The position numbers and the translations under genes were made by a program. A stretch of 64,000 bases of DNA from contig OX597839.1 of the NCBI GenBank assembly GCA_951406725.2, positions 26,350,001-26,414,000 on the forward strand, in the 5' to 3' direction. The notes beneath the pieces are model-generated. The model worked only from the letters and a program-made list of their open reading frames with translations. It had not been told where the DNA came from and did not search any database. Positions within the stretch are counted from its first letter, which is position 1. Every line of letters begins with the position of its first letter. This stretch comes from Octopus vulgaris (Eukaryota). Positions 35,866 through 48,038 of the stretch are shown here, piece after piece.

Positions 35866-35993
35866 GTAGTGGTTAAGAGCGTGGCCTACTAACCCCAAGA
35901 TTCTGAGCTTTATTCCAGGCAGTGACCTGAATAATAATAACAACATTGAAAAATACCTTAGGAATGAGAACCCAGGTTCGTAATTTCCCCAAG

Positions 35994-36038
35994 ACACCTG
36001 ATGAAGGCTGGAAGGTATATCAGCTGAAATGTTGTATT
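35994..36038 (+). ncRNA. Penelope-type minimal hammerhead ribozyme motif, slightly decayed
   Basis: CTGATGA at 35998-36004, stem II GGCTG/CAGCT, GAAA at 36026-36029, stem I ACAC/GTAT. Confidence 0.6.
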
Positions 36039-36525
36039 AACAACAAACAAGATGAGGACAAATATCCATCGAATGTAAATAATATACATAATTCCTCATC
36101 TCTTAAATACACACACAAGCATGGATCCATACAGACTTCCTCACAAACATACATACATATATTCACCCACACATTCATACAGCAGGCATCATTAAGTTTC
36201 TACCAAATTCCCTATGCTGGTATTGGTCATCCCAAGGCTATAATAGAAGACACTTACCCAAGGTGCTGTACGATGGGACTGAACCTGAAACCATGAGAAT
36301 ACAAAGGAGAATTTTTTAATCATACAAAATGCACGTCTTTTGTCATTCTATAGCGAAAAGACTGGTGCTTTGAAATGAAAATCCCCTGTATGGTATTTCA
36401 TCATCATTACCGTTTAACGTCCGCTTTCCATGCTGGCATGGGTTGGATGGTTTGACAGGAGCCAGTGGAGGCAGAAGACTGCACAAGACTTCTGTGTCTG
36501 TTTTGGCACCGTTTTTATGATTGGA

Positions 36526-36901
36526 CTAGCAGTATCGCCCGGCGTTGCTCGGGTTTGTAAGGGAAATAACTATAAAGCATTTTTAGAGAGTTATAGCCAA
36601 AAAATGGAAAAAAAAAAATGGTAAATTTTTTTTTTTAGTTAAAAAGGTCGAGTTGCGTCCCCTAGACAGTCTGTGGTTTGTGTTTCTGATTCTCGACCCC
36701 ATGTCGAATATATCGATTTTTTTCAGAACTGGGGGAACTCTTCAAAATTTTCGCTGCGTTAGTTTTGAATTATGACATTGGGCTATGTGTGTGTCAAGTT
36801 TCATCAGAATCGGTTGAAAGCCGTGGTCAGGGTGAGGGTACAACCTAACAGACACACAGAAACACACACAGACAAACTGCCGTTTATATATAGAGAGAAG
36901 A
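36526..36901 (-). mobile_element. Non-autonomous Helitron inserted at A|T inside a family D repeat
   Basis: Same hairpin and CTAG end as the 48956 copy. Removing it restores the host TGGA|TGC...CCT-AAC motif. Confidence 0.82.
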
Positions 36902-37299
36902 TGCTCTCCTTAACATCAACCAACAAATTAAACCAGTCTCTGTTATTGTCACCTTCAGAAATGCAGGGATTGGCCCAGAAACCAGTAATCGATGACTATT
37001 GCTGACAAATTGCTATGTAAAGAAGAGAATCTGAACTAGAAGACTCACAACCGAAACAAGCATCAAAGATGCTTGGCCCCACACAGAAATGACAGGAGCA
37101 ATTCAGAGGTTTTGCAAGCTCTTCTAAATCCATTGCAACACTAGAAACCCTTCCTTATCACCAGCAGGTATCTCAGGGTGACAACTGTGGAAGACACTTG
37201 CCCAAGGTGCAATGCAGTGGAGAATTCTGGAAAAAGTACCTCATTTAAAAAATATGAGTTAGCTTGGTTCCCATGTTCCAAGTGCCCATGCACAGAACC

Positions 37300-38520
37300 A
37301 AATCTACATGGTTCTTGTGCAGTAAGGGATAATATAATGATTTATGATTGCTAGACGAGAGTGAGGTGAGAGGATACTGTAGGGAGAAGTCACACACATA
37401 AAGTGCACGAGGTTTACAGGCAAATCAAAGAAACGAAAAGAAATGAGAGTATACGCATTATATAGAGACGTATGATACAATCTGCATAGAGTGGCATGGC
37501 CTTGGGTCACATTGGGAACCCCATGGGCCCAGAATTACTTTGAATATAATAAGTAAGGAGCCACCCCCTCCAGTAGTCCTTTTCTGGCCCATAATAACAT
37601 GCTGAGAGAAGTAGGCCCATTCACTGAGAGTTTGGTTGGAATTAAGGGTCTGCACTTAGTCTTTTCAGTCAAACCCACCAGAGAATCTCTTTCATGAAAG
37701 CAATCAGACAGAGAAAAACTGCTGCTCCTCCTTGGCCAAAGGGACTTTGTGCAGGTGTGTGTGTGTGTGAGATCTTTGTAATGGACTTGGCTGACAGCTG
37801 GGTCAGTCCTACATGTTTGACAATACTCAGAAACTGGGCAGAAGAATTTCATCATTCGGCATTCATCTGGGGTGAGTTCAGCTGATCCCGAACAATGAGT
37901 TCCCCACGTTCCTCACATTTGGGGGTCAGCCACAAGCGAGGCTGTAAATGGATACCCACTCCCCAAATCACAGACATGGGGGCCTGATTGTGTCTCTATG
38001 CCTGCCTTTACTGTCACCAACTGTGATTTTAGTTGTCCTTCAGTTTGTTTACGTCAGCCTGGGACAGCATCAGCTGGGTTGACTGCCTTGCAAATGAATT
38101 CCACTGGAGGCTGACAGAGATATGGCCAAGCCCACTTAGACATCTTGTGAGTAGAGCTTGATGCTGAGCACTACAAATTCTCTGCAGCATCATTCTGCTG
38201 CACATCTCAGACTGCCCAGGTGACAGCAGTTCTTTTTCTGTGGGTGTGTGTGTGTGTGGAACCAGCCACATAATTTGGTAGCACTACCAAACCAGGGATT
38301 ATACCAAAATTCTCAGGGACACAATTCATCTGATAATCGCAGATGCTTAGAGTTTTCCTAACACTATTCGAAATGTCAGGTGCCTCAGTTTGGCTCTTCA
38401 CCTGATTGAGGACTGCCAGAGACAAACTGCAGGAGCTGCAACCTCACCATACGCCTGTGCACTACAGCCAAAAGATACCGAGTCTTTCTCCTCGAGGGTG
38501 TTGACAATAGAAAGAACAAC
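37300..38520 (-). mobile_element. Possible heavily degraded LINE (zinc-knuckle ORF1 plus endonuclease remnants)
   Basis: Unique, more GC-balanced sequence with stops in all frames. Weak knuckle-like (TPKCEERGE) and endonuclease-like (RTTGGGGSLLII) peptides. Confidence 0.25.
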
Positions 38521-38880
38521 TCCTCAGGGAAATATATCTCTAAAGGCGGTGCTCCATTGGTTGTCAGGCGATAGTGGAGGAACAAACACAGACACACACA
38601 CATATACATATATGATGGGCTTCTTTCAGTTTCCACCTTCCAAATCCACTCACAAGCCTTTGGTCAGCCGAAGGCAACAGTGGAAGACACTTGCCCAAGG
38701 TGCAATGCAGTGGAGAATTCTGCCGTCCAAGAATTTGGACCAGGAGATCTCCATTTCCAGCGACTTTGAGGGCCACCTTCCAGTGGTGTCGGGTGTCAAC
38801 GAAGAGCCCTCGACTACAAGACGACCAAAGTTTTTTTTTTCCCCCCCCTGAAGGTCTGGGGTCTCCCACCTCTAAGCCCT

Positions 38881-39017
38881 AGACCATCACCTAATCACCC
38901 TTTAGACCATCACCTAATCACCCTTTAGACCATCACCTAATCACCCTTTAGACCATCACCTAATCACCCTTTAGACCATCACCTAATCACCCTTTAGACC
39001 ATCACCTAATCACCCTT
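38881..39017. repeat. Perfect 23-bp minisatellite, 6 copies (AGACCATCACCTAATCACCCTTT)
   Basis: Units start at 38881, 38904, 38927, 38950, 38973 and 38996. Confidence 0.95.
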
Positions 39018-40084
39018 ACCCGTCTTGTTGCTTAACACCAACAACAACAGCAGCAGTATCTGAATTAGTCTGAATACCTTATAGATATGGCTTTACTACA
39101 ATATCTGAACATAAGATGAATATGCTGTCTGTGGAAGTAAGACCAACAGAAAAAAAGAAAGAAAACAAAGACTTTAGTAATCCCTACAGACTTGGTTTTA
39201 CTGTTGTATTTACAGCAAAGTATCCAGGTCTTTAGAAAGCGAACGATATAAAAATCTGATAGTCTGAATTGTAGGGTGCAGAATCTTGAATGCATAAACA
39301 TTTTGTAGAAGAAGAAATTGAAAATTGGTTCAAGATTTAAATACGTAAATTCTCTTTTTAATAATACTTGTTTTTGACTGGTATATTAGTTTAATAAAAA
39401 ACGGTTTAAATATCTTTTATGTATTTGAGAAATTATAATAAAGAATATACTGTGAGGCCTATTTAAGATGTATTTAACAAAGCGGCAAGTTATTGAAGGG
39501 AGTTAACCAAGTTCTACTGTTCTCCAAAAGCAGTTACGTCCCTTACGTTTCATTCTATGCGGACGCTCATTCGTCAATTTTTAAATTGATTAAATGATAG
39601 CTTCTGGAATTTTCTAAATGTTAAAAGGTATTTTATCTTTTGTCAGTCATTGGACTGAGCTCAAAGGTGGGTCACTGCATTGAAGTGTTTAGTCGAACAA
39701 ATCCAGCCCAATACTTTATATAGGACGGGCTTCTTTCAGTTTCCATCTACCAAATCCACTCACAAGGTTTTGGTTGGCCCAGGACTAAAGAAAACACTTG
39801 CCCCGGGTCCACGCAGTGAGACTGAATCCATGACCATTATGGGGAAACACAACAGTGGATGGCATTTATCGATGAAATTAACTGATTCCCAGATAAACTA
39901 AATGAGGGGCGGCACTTTTGGGTCTGCTGTAGGCAATACGTGTTTTTCATGGGGTCCAGTGGCAGCAAACAGAAGGGCTGCCCTGGGCAGAACACACTGT
40001 AGCTATGCTAGTGAAAGATATTTTGCAAAAGAAGAAATGATCAGAAGCAGCTGTATGGCCCAAGATCAGAGTACTTGAGGAGAA

Positions 40085-42083
40085 AACAAGGTAGTTATTT
40101 GAACTTGTTACTGTCTACTATTCGATTCTCAGAGCTGTGGAGTCGGAGAGTCAGAGCCGGAAACAATAAAGGAGTAGCTGGGGTTGGAGTCAGTAACATA
40201 GAGGAGTCAGAGTCGGAAGTGCCAATAGCAGAGGAGTCAAAGTTGTTTGTTTCGACTCCACAGCCCTGGTATTTCTCAAGAGAGCTGAACAGCAGAAGGT
40301 CTTCAGGAAAGGAACCTGCCACAGGCAGGTGTTTCGGCCCTTAACTTCTTATACTCTAAGCGTCCCGGGCTGCATCCAGGTCATGAGTCCTAGGTACCCT
40401 TTTGCCGACACCTTTCAGCCACTTGGATATTGGAGCCTTGTGCATTTAAACCGCTTGGAGATTTCATCTTGTCGAAACTCCTCTCCGTTGACTCAGCTTC
40501 CAAACTTAAAGATGAAATAACGTTGGCTCCCTATTAAGTTAGTTGTCCCTATGCAGGTGTACTTCAAAGTTAGCAGAGAGAAGGTCAGGTCTGATTAACG
40601 CATTAACCCTTTAGCATTTAAACCGGCCAAAAGTATTCTGCCTGTTTTATGGTCAAACTGGCCAGATCTGGTCTCTCACACCAACCCTACAATATCGTTC
40701 TAGAAATTAACAGCTACCTCATTAAAATCTCATAGCTACAAGATAATGCATGATTAGTTCAAAACAATGAGGATGAAAAAGCATTAATTTTGGCAGAATA
40801 ATGCGAACACTAAAGGGTTAAAATAAGGGTTGGGGGCAATGAGTGGAGTTGTGGCTCGTAAGTGAACTACTCAGGGGATTGCTGTGGGCCTCAGACTTTT
40901 TCTAAAATAATTTTCAAATTTAACATATTTTTGAGATTTTAATGTTATTGTCAATTTTTAGATTAGCATTACATGGTAGATGTGAGAGGTTAGATCAGGC
41001 CAGCTTCAACATAAAACTGGAGAAATATTTTGGCTGGATATGGGCAGTTTAGGTGCTAGAGGGTTGAAATCTTTTTGTGTTGTGATTCGTTTTAATTTTT
41101 GTTTTTATAAGCTTTTTTGGTGATGGAAATCATGGTGACGGGCATTTTTAGATGGGCCATGGGGCAATATGAAAAGGGGGTGGAAGAATAATGAGAAGTT
41201 GCTGATTCCTGCATCAAAGTAACAAGAGTTAAGATGGAAAATGTAATCCGTGAAATGGTTGGATGTAGCAAGAATAAGACAAACAATAATACAATACAGT
41301 GTATGTGTGTGTGTATGAAAATGAAAGTAGCAAAGAACTATGGAGAGAACTGCAGGAGTTGAGTAGGGTTAATGTGTGTGTGTGCTTCACAAATAACAAG
41401 GGAACTAGTAATTACAACTGTTTTCTAATAACAATAGTTAATTCTATAAAAGTGTCACAACAGTAACAGAATAACAAAAAAATAAAATTTTTAAATCTTG
41501 TCTTGGGAGGGTCATTTCACCAATAATAACACACACACACTGGTTCACTTCCACTTCTTTACTGTTAGTCAATTAGTTAAATATCTAACCAAGTCACAGA
41601 GCTAGTGTGTGTTAGTCACTGTGAAGGTTGTGAACAGTGCAAAAAGAATTCAGACGAACAAACATTGATTGTTTCACCAGCACATTAACCCTTAGCTTGC
41701 CCTTTCTTATCTCATATAACATACAGGACATATTTCCCTGGTGTCCATGCATCATATAGGATACACATTCACTTCTCTTTTTTTCAACCTCCAAAGTAAC
41801 TTAGGACTTAGGAAAGGAAAGTTTCATATTACTTAGAGTGTATGAAAGTCTGAAAACAAATAACAAGATAGTTATTTGAACTTGTTATGGTCTACTATTC
41901 TATTCTCAGAGCTGTGGAGTCGGAGAGTCAGAGCCGGAAACATAGAGGAGTCAGCGTCGGAAGTGCCAATAGCAGAGGAGTCAAAGTTGTTTGTTTCGAC
42001 TCCACAGCCCTGGTATTTCTCAAGGGAGCTGAACAGCAGAAGGTCTTCAGGAAAGGAACCTGCCTCGGGCAGGTGTTTCGGCT
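40085..42083. repeat. Dispersed duplication (~40085-40338 and ~41865-42083) containing a CAGRGCTGTGGAGTC...GACTCCACAGCCCTG MITE and its flanks
   Basis: Shared flanks TAGTTATTTGAACTTGTTA and GGAAAGGAACCTGCC..GGCAGGTGTTTCGGC; the second copy lacks ~30 bp internally. Confidence 0.8.
40607..40817. mobile_element. piggyBac-like TTAA MITE, same family as 11509
   Basis: TTAA|CCCTTTAG...CTAAAGGG|TTAA. Further copies near 8510, 19030, 40920 and 47620. Confidence 0.8.
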
Positions 42084-43827
42084 TGTTAGGACAAGCTTAT
42101 GAGAATACTTTGGACAGACTAAGGGGTAACACCAGTCCAAATAATGAATGACAACAGGATAATGAAACATAGTGATGATGATGTTGGAGATTTGTTGAGG
42201 ATGGAAATCTGCGAGGTGGAGAGAATGTTTTTGTTTCTGAGAGGGAAAATTGAAATGGCATCAGAGATTGGAATTTTTGCAGCATGAAAATACCGTTTCA
42301 AATTTTGGCATAGGGTTAGCAATTTCAGAAGAGGGATAAGTAGACGATTACTTAGAATGTAAAGATAGATGAAATGTTGCTAACGATTCTGCCTGGCATG
42401 CTAACGATTTTGCCAGCTCTCTGCCTTATCTGAATGGAACAAGGAAATATATCTGAGCAGAAAAAACCAAAGTTAAGTGCAATAGTTTAGAAGTAATGTC
42501 TAAGAACTCCAATCCATATCGTAAAAGAAAACTGAACAATGAGGGTTGTATTAAAAAGGGAGAGTTTAAAAATTCAGAAGCTATTTTTACTTTGAATGAA
42601 ACAAACAATTAAAAGAAAGAAAAAAACATCTATCTTTTAATCCTTTTGATGCTAATCCGGCTGAAACCACCTCTGGCTCTGCAGTACAAATGTCCTATCA
42701 CAATTTATGTTCCTAACACTAGCTTAATGATAACGAAGTTATTTTACTAAATTCTTTGTTATATTTAAAATAATTGAAAGAAACACAGACCATCTCAACA
42801 GAAATATGGTAAGAAAAGGGCTAAAGACACTCAGTCAACTTCAATTTGCACAAGATTTGGCTGCTATTTCTAACAAGTCAAACAATTATGTGAAACAAAA
42901 TCTGTAACTTAACCCTTTCGATACAAACCCAGCTGAAACAGCCTTTGGCTCTGTAGTACAAATGTCTTGTTTTCATAAGTTTTGAAATTAAAATCTTCCA
43001 CCAAACCTTAGTCACAATTTATGTTCCTAACACTAGCTTAATGATAACGAAGTTATTTTACCTAATTCTTTGTTATATCTAAAATGAATTGAAAGAAACA
43101 CAGAGCATCTTAAGAGAAATACAGTAATGAGAGGGTTAAATGTTCATTTTTGGCTAAGATCTAAAAGGATGATATAAAAATATCTGAAGATAAATATGCC
43201 AGTTGAGTTGATATGCTGTTTCTGGGTAGTTAAGAACTCTATGAAGAGTTGAGCAGAGGAAGTTTCTTCAGAGAAGGTCACCATGTGCAAGTGTTTTGGT
43301 TCTTTGAGTAATGCAACAACGAGCAGGGTATATAATCTGGCTACCCACCACCCCACAAAAAAAAAGGTCCATCCTAAAACTGCTTTCAAATGGAGACCAC
43401 AGGAGAGGAAAAAGTTAGGAGAAGAAAACTGAAAACAGCAAGGTGCAGAACATTTCCAAGTGACACGGGAGGGGTCAATATCACGTGGTCAGACACAGAG
43501 GATTGTACAGCCAATAGAAAAGCAGCAGCGCCAACTTGCTGCCCAATGTGCTCGAGACTACAAGAGGAACTGGTAATGATAATAATGATTGTAGCTTCAG
43601 ATCAGGTACTTAACTTGCCTCAGTCCATTAGTCAGACAGCAGGTCCCACTCTGTCCATACCTGACCAGTGGTATGAGGAATGATGGTAAAGACATTTACT
43701 CCAATAATATGCAATGATCTTAAACTCGTTAAAAGAATGGAAGAGAACATTACAAAAAAAAAAGGGTGGGTGGGTGGGGGCTATGTGTCTGCTGGGGTCA
43801 TCGTAAGAGGATGTCCGTTTGATTTAC

Positions 43828-44096
43828 CTGGTGGCGATATTGGTTCAACTTTGATTCCACCGACATGCTGTGTTCGGTTCTGCGGCGAATGGTCTGGTCG
43901 AATCCAGCTGACACCTCCCTGTACGATTTCGTATTCTTCAGGACTAGCATTCGAATGAAGCAAGCGTTGAATTTGACCGACATTCTCAACTTGCTGCGAG
44001 CCACTCATAGAAGCGGCCGCCTGCTGCTGTTGCTGCTGCTGCTGCTGTTGTTGTTGATGCTGCTGCTGCTGTTGCTGCTGCTGTTGATGCTGTTGT

Positions 44097-44128
<32 letters not shown>

Positions 44129-44137
44129 TTCTGCTTC
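43828..44137 (-). CDS. NCOR: NCoR internal exon, 310 nt, phase 0-1, with polyQ tract and KVEPISPP motif
   Basis: Acceptor cttttatttccag|GAA; donor CCACCAG|gtaaat. EPISPP resembles the conserved NCoR/SMRT EP(I/V)SPP motif. Phase-compatible on both sides. Confidence 0.85.
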
Positions 44138-44943
44138 CTGGAAATAAAAGCAAATATACTCATAGAATGCATGTTCTACTTCATTCTTTAAGGTTGTTGT
44201 TGCAGTGGACACTGGACACCAAAGAATTCATCTCTCTCCATCTCTTACTGGTTTCAGTCATTAGACTGTGGCCATGCTGCGGCACTGCCTGGAAGAATTT
44301 TTAGCTGAACGAACCAACCCCTTTACTTCTTTTGCGAAGGCACTAAATTACAGGGATGCAAACACACCAACACCAGTGGTCAAGCAGCAGTGGGGGAGGG
44401 GGACAAACATAGACACAAAGACACTCACACAATTTGTATTTCATACCCAAACCATCATATCTAATATATTTGATGTCCCTAATTTGTTTATCTGCATAAT
44501 TGCCTCCACATCTGCTCAACTTGATCCCTCTTATAGCCATTCTTTACCTTGTAGAATTGATCCCCTGTAAAGACATCAGAAGCTAAGTGTCTTCTACATT
44601 GAGAATCTCTGGTTCTCATTTGATCTGTGGACAATATACATATGTTGTGTGTGTGTGTGTGTGTGATAGTCTTCTTACAGTTTCCGTCTACCAAATCCAC
44701 CCACAAGACTTTGGTTGGCCTGAGAAGACACTTGTCTGAACCACATGGTTGGAAAGTAAACTTCTTATGTTAGATCTTGACCCAGTCCTCCAATTTGTCC
44801 GAGCCTGTCAAATTGTCCAGTCTATGCCAACAAGCACGTTAGAAGAAGACAAGGTTTTGTATATATATAGTAATCCGTCGACTATCACAAGTGTTATATT
44901 CCAAGATACCGTGAGAGGCGAAAATCCACAAAGTAGAAATAGT

Positions 44944-45343
44944 ACTCTCTTTACTCTTTTACTTGTTTCAGTCATTTGACTGTGGCCATGCTGGAGCACC
45001 GCCTTTAGTCGAGCAAATCGACCCCGGGACTTATTCTTTTGTAAGCCCAGTACTTGTTCTATCGGTCTCTTTTGCCGAACCGCTAAGTCACGGGGACGTA
45101 AACACACCAGCATCGGTTGTCAAGCAATGTTAGGGGGACAAACACAGACACACAGACATACACACACACACACATATATATGACAGGCTTCTTTCAGTTT
45201 CCGTCTACCAAATCCACTCACAAGGCATTTGTCGGCCCCGGGCTATAGCGGAAGACACTTGCCCAAGATGCGACGCATTGGGACTGAACCGGGAACCATG
45301 TGGTTGGTAAGCAAGCTACTTACCACACAGCCACTCCTGCGCC
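44944..45343 (-). mobile_element. SINE family A
   Basis: Full reverse complement copy ending ...cacagccactcctgcgcc. Confidence 0.87.
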
Positions 45344-45606
45344 TATATATTTTTATATAGTACTGTATATATTTTTTAAAATTATTTTCATAATTTGTAT
45401 ATATTTATTATAAATGCAAAACAACAACACAGAGGAATCAACGTAAGCTTAAATAATAAGCCACAATAGGTGAACCGAGATATAGCAAGGGAATATGAGC
45501 TATGAAACGTTGGAAGTAAATATCTTTCAGGTAGAATTTTCAAATTTTTCTTTAGTGTTATAAAGTATTGAAAAGAAGCTTTTAGTCATATTTATCATAA
45601 TTGCTG

Positions 45607-45990
45607 TGTGGAGGCGCAATGGCCCAGTGGTTAGGGCAGCGGACTCGCAGTCGTAGGATCGCGGTTTCGATTCCCAGACTGGGCATTGTGAGTGTTTTTA
45701 GAGCGAAAACACCTAAAGCTCCACGAGGCTCCGGCAGAGGATGGTGGTGATACCTGCTGTACTCTTTCACCACAACTTTCTCTCACTCTTACTTCCTGTT
45801 TCTGTTGTACCTGTATTTCAAAGGGCCGGCCTTGTCACTCTCCCTGTCACACTGAATATCCCCGAGAACTACGTTAAGGGTGCACGTGTCTGTGGAGTGC
45901 TCAGCCACTTACACGTTAATTTCACGAGCAGGCTGTTCCGTTGATCGGATCAACCGGAACCCTCGTCGTCGTAACCAACGGAGTGCTTCC
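45607..45990 (+). mobile_element. SINE family B, full length
   Basis: Collinear with the 14912 copy. Confidence 0.83.
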
Positions 45991-46298
45991 TTCCCTTCCC
46001 TATAATTGCTGTCTAAAATATTGTATTTGTTGGTGTATAAGACACAAGCCTACTTTATGAGTGTATTTTGTGGAAGAAAACAAATTTAGTACATTTCATC
46101 AAACATTCAATGTCCCCTCCATCATATGATGATTGCAGGTCACATTGGAAGAACATGTTGCTAAGCAAGGGAAGGAGGGATCAAGGTTTGCAGTCAGATA
46201 AACAAAAAATTTCTGAGCTTGTTTGGATAAAGTAGAAAGTTGAGAATTGTGATCGGGGAAATAACAGCATTGGAACTAACTGTAAAAACATTGTGTGA

Positions 46299-46342
<44 letters not shown>

Positions 46343-46658
46343 ATATGAAAATTGGGCTAACCAAAGCCTTGTAAGTGGATTTGGTAGATGGAAACTAAAA
46401 GAAACCCATCATATATATATATATATATATATTTGTGTGTGTATGTGTCTTTGTGTCCCCTGCTCCGCCACTTGACAGCCGGGGCTGGTGGGTTTATGTT
46501 CCCATAACTTGGTGATTCAGCAAAAAGAGATTGATAGAATAAGTACCAGGCATGACAAAAAAGAAAGTACAGGGGTTGATTCATTTGACTAAAACACCTT
46601 CAAAGCAGTGCCCCAGCATGGCCACAGTCTAATGACACAAACAAGTAAAAGATAAAAG

Positions 46659-46706
<48 letters not shown>

Positions 46707-46822
46707 ATACACACATGTACACATCTATACATACACCAGTGGTCAGTGAGGAAGAGAGACACGCACGCACACACACACACACCTGCATTCATCTCATAAT
46801 GGTGACAACAGGAGGTACCCAC

Positions 46823-47073
46823 CTGATGTTGGTGCATCCGCTTCAGTTTCCAATTATAGCCAACAGGTGCCGACTGTTGGTGCACTCCTGTACTGTAGTT
46901 CGTGTGCAGCCGCATCACTTCGGGTCCACCCTGTTGGTAGGCGGCATCAGAAGCTTGGGACACGACGACATTCGATTGGTTGGTCGGCGACTTCATTGGT
47001 GAAGGTAGGCCGTACTCGCTGTTGATCACATTGGCCAGTGTGCCAACCTGGGCCACAGAGGTGTGGATAGAAA
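46823..47073 (-). CDS. NCOR: NCoR internal exon, 251 nt, phase 1-0 (FSIHTSVAQVGTLANVINSEYGLPSP...WKLKRMHQHQ)
   Basis: Acceptor tgttttcgtttag|TT; donor CATCAG|gtgggt. Non-repetitive S/P/Q-rich open frame. Phases match both neighbouring exons. Confidence 0.82.
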
Positions 47074-47247
47074 CTAAACGAAAACACAAGAGAAGATTTT
47101 AGTAAGGGTCAGATCAAAGTTTGAACAAATCAATGACATTTCAATAACTCACACTCAACATTTGAGGACACTGAGAAAGTTTTTAAGAAATCATCATCAT
47201 CGTTTAATGTCCGTTTTCCGCGCTAGCACGGGTTGGACGGTTCGACC

Positions 47248-47394
47248 GGGGTCTGGGAAGCCAGGGGCTGCACCAGGCTCCAGTCTGATCTGGCGGTGTT
47301 TCTACAGCTGGATGCCCTTCCTAACGCCAACCAGCTGTAGAAACACTGCCAGATCAGATTCGAGCCTGGTGCAGCCCCTGGCTTCCCAGACCCC
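47248..47394. repeat. 64-bp-arm hairpin formed by local inversion of a family D repeat
   Basis: Arms 47248-47311 and 47331-47394, 3 differences by eye, 19-nt loop. Confidence 0.9.
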
Positions 47395-48038
47395 TTTAAA
47401 TTCAAAACACAAATTCACAGTTAAAGGGGAGGACAGTAGAAGAAGGGTTTGAGGGAGAGAGAGAGAGAGAGAGATGTTCAGAGAATTTAAAAAAGCGGAG
47501 GAGGGCGAAATGAGAAATGGAAAGTCAGGGGGACATGTGAAAGAGCTACAAGATAGATAGAGATACAGATGTGGAAAAGCTATGCGAAAAGTGGGGGGTG
47601 AAGAGGTAAAGAGAATTAACCCATTACCTTAATTAGTTTGTCAAATGTAATGCATGTTCATTTACGTTGGTTTGAATTAATCATGTATTATCTCATTAAT
47701 CTCACGAGATTTCAATGATGTGATCGCTTATTTTTAGAATGACATTGTAGGGTAGGTGCGAGAGGCCAGATGTGGCCAGTTTAGACATAAAAAGGGGCAA
47801 AACTTTTGGCGCTGGATACGGCTGGTTTGAATGTTAGAGGGTTAACAGGAGAGAAAGAGAAATGGAGAGTCAGAAAGAGAAGAGAAAAATAGAGCAAGGT
47901 GGAGAGCAAGGAGAGAGGGAGAAGTGGAAGAAATTTCAGTTGAGGAAAAAGTTATTCCAATAATCTAAGTATTGCTATCTTGAAGGGGTGCTGTAAGTTT
48001 AGAACCCGTGAATTAATTGCGAAACTAGTATAGAAGTA

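Noticed and set aside
43390-43575. Possible extra NCoR exon after an acceptor-like ttaccag near 43570
   Set aside because: The phase-1 frame hits a stop within ~30 codons, the peptide is unlike NCoR and no clear donor follows.
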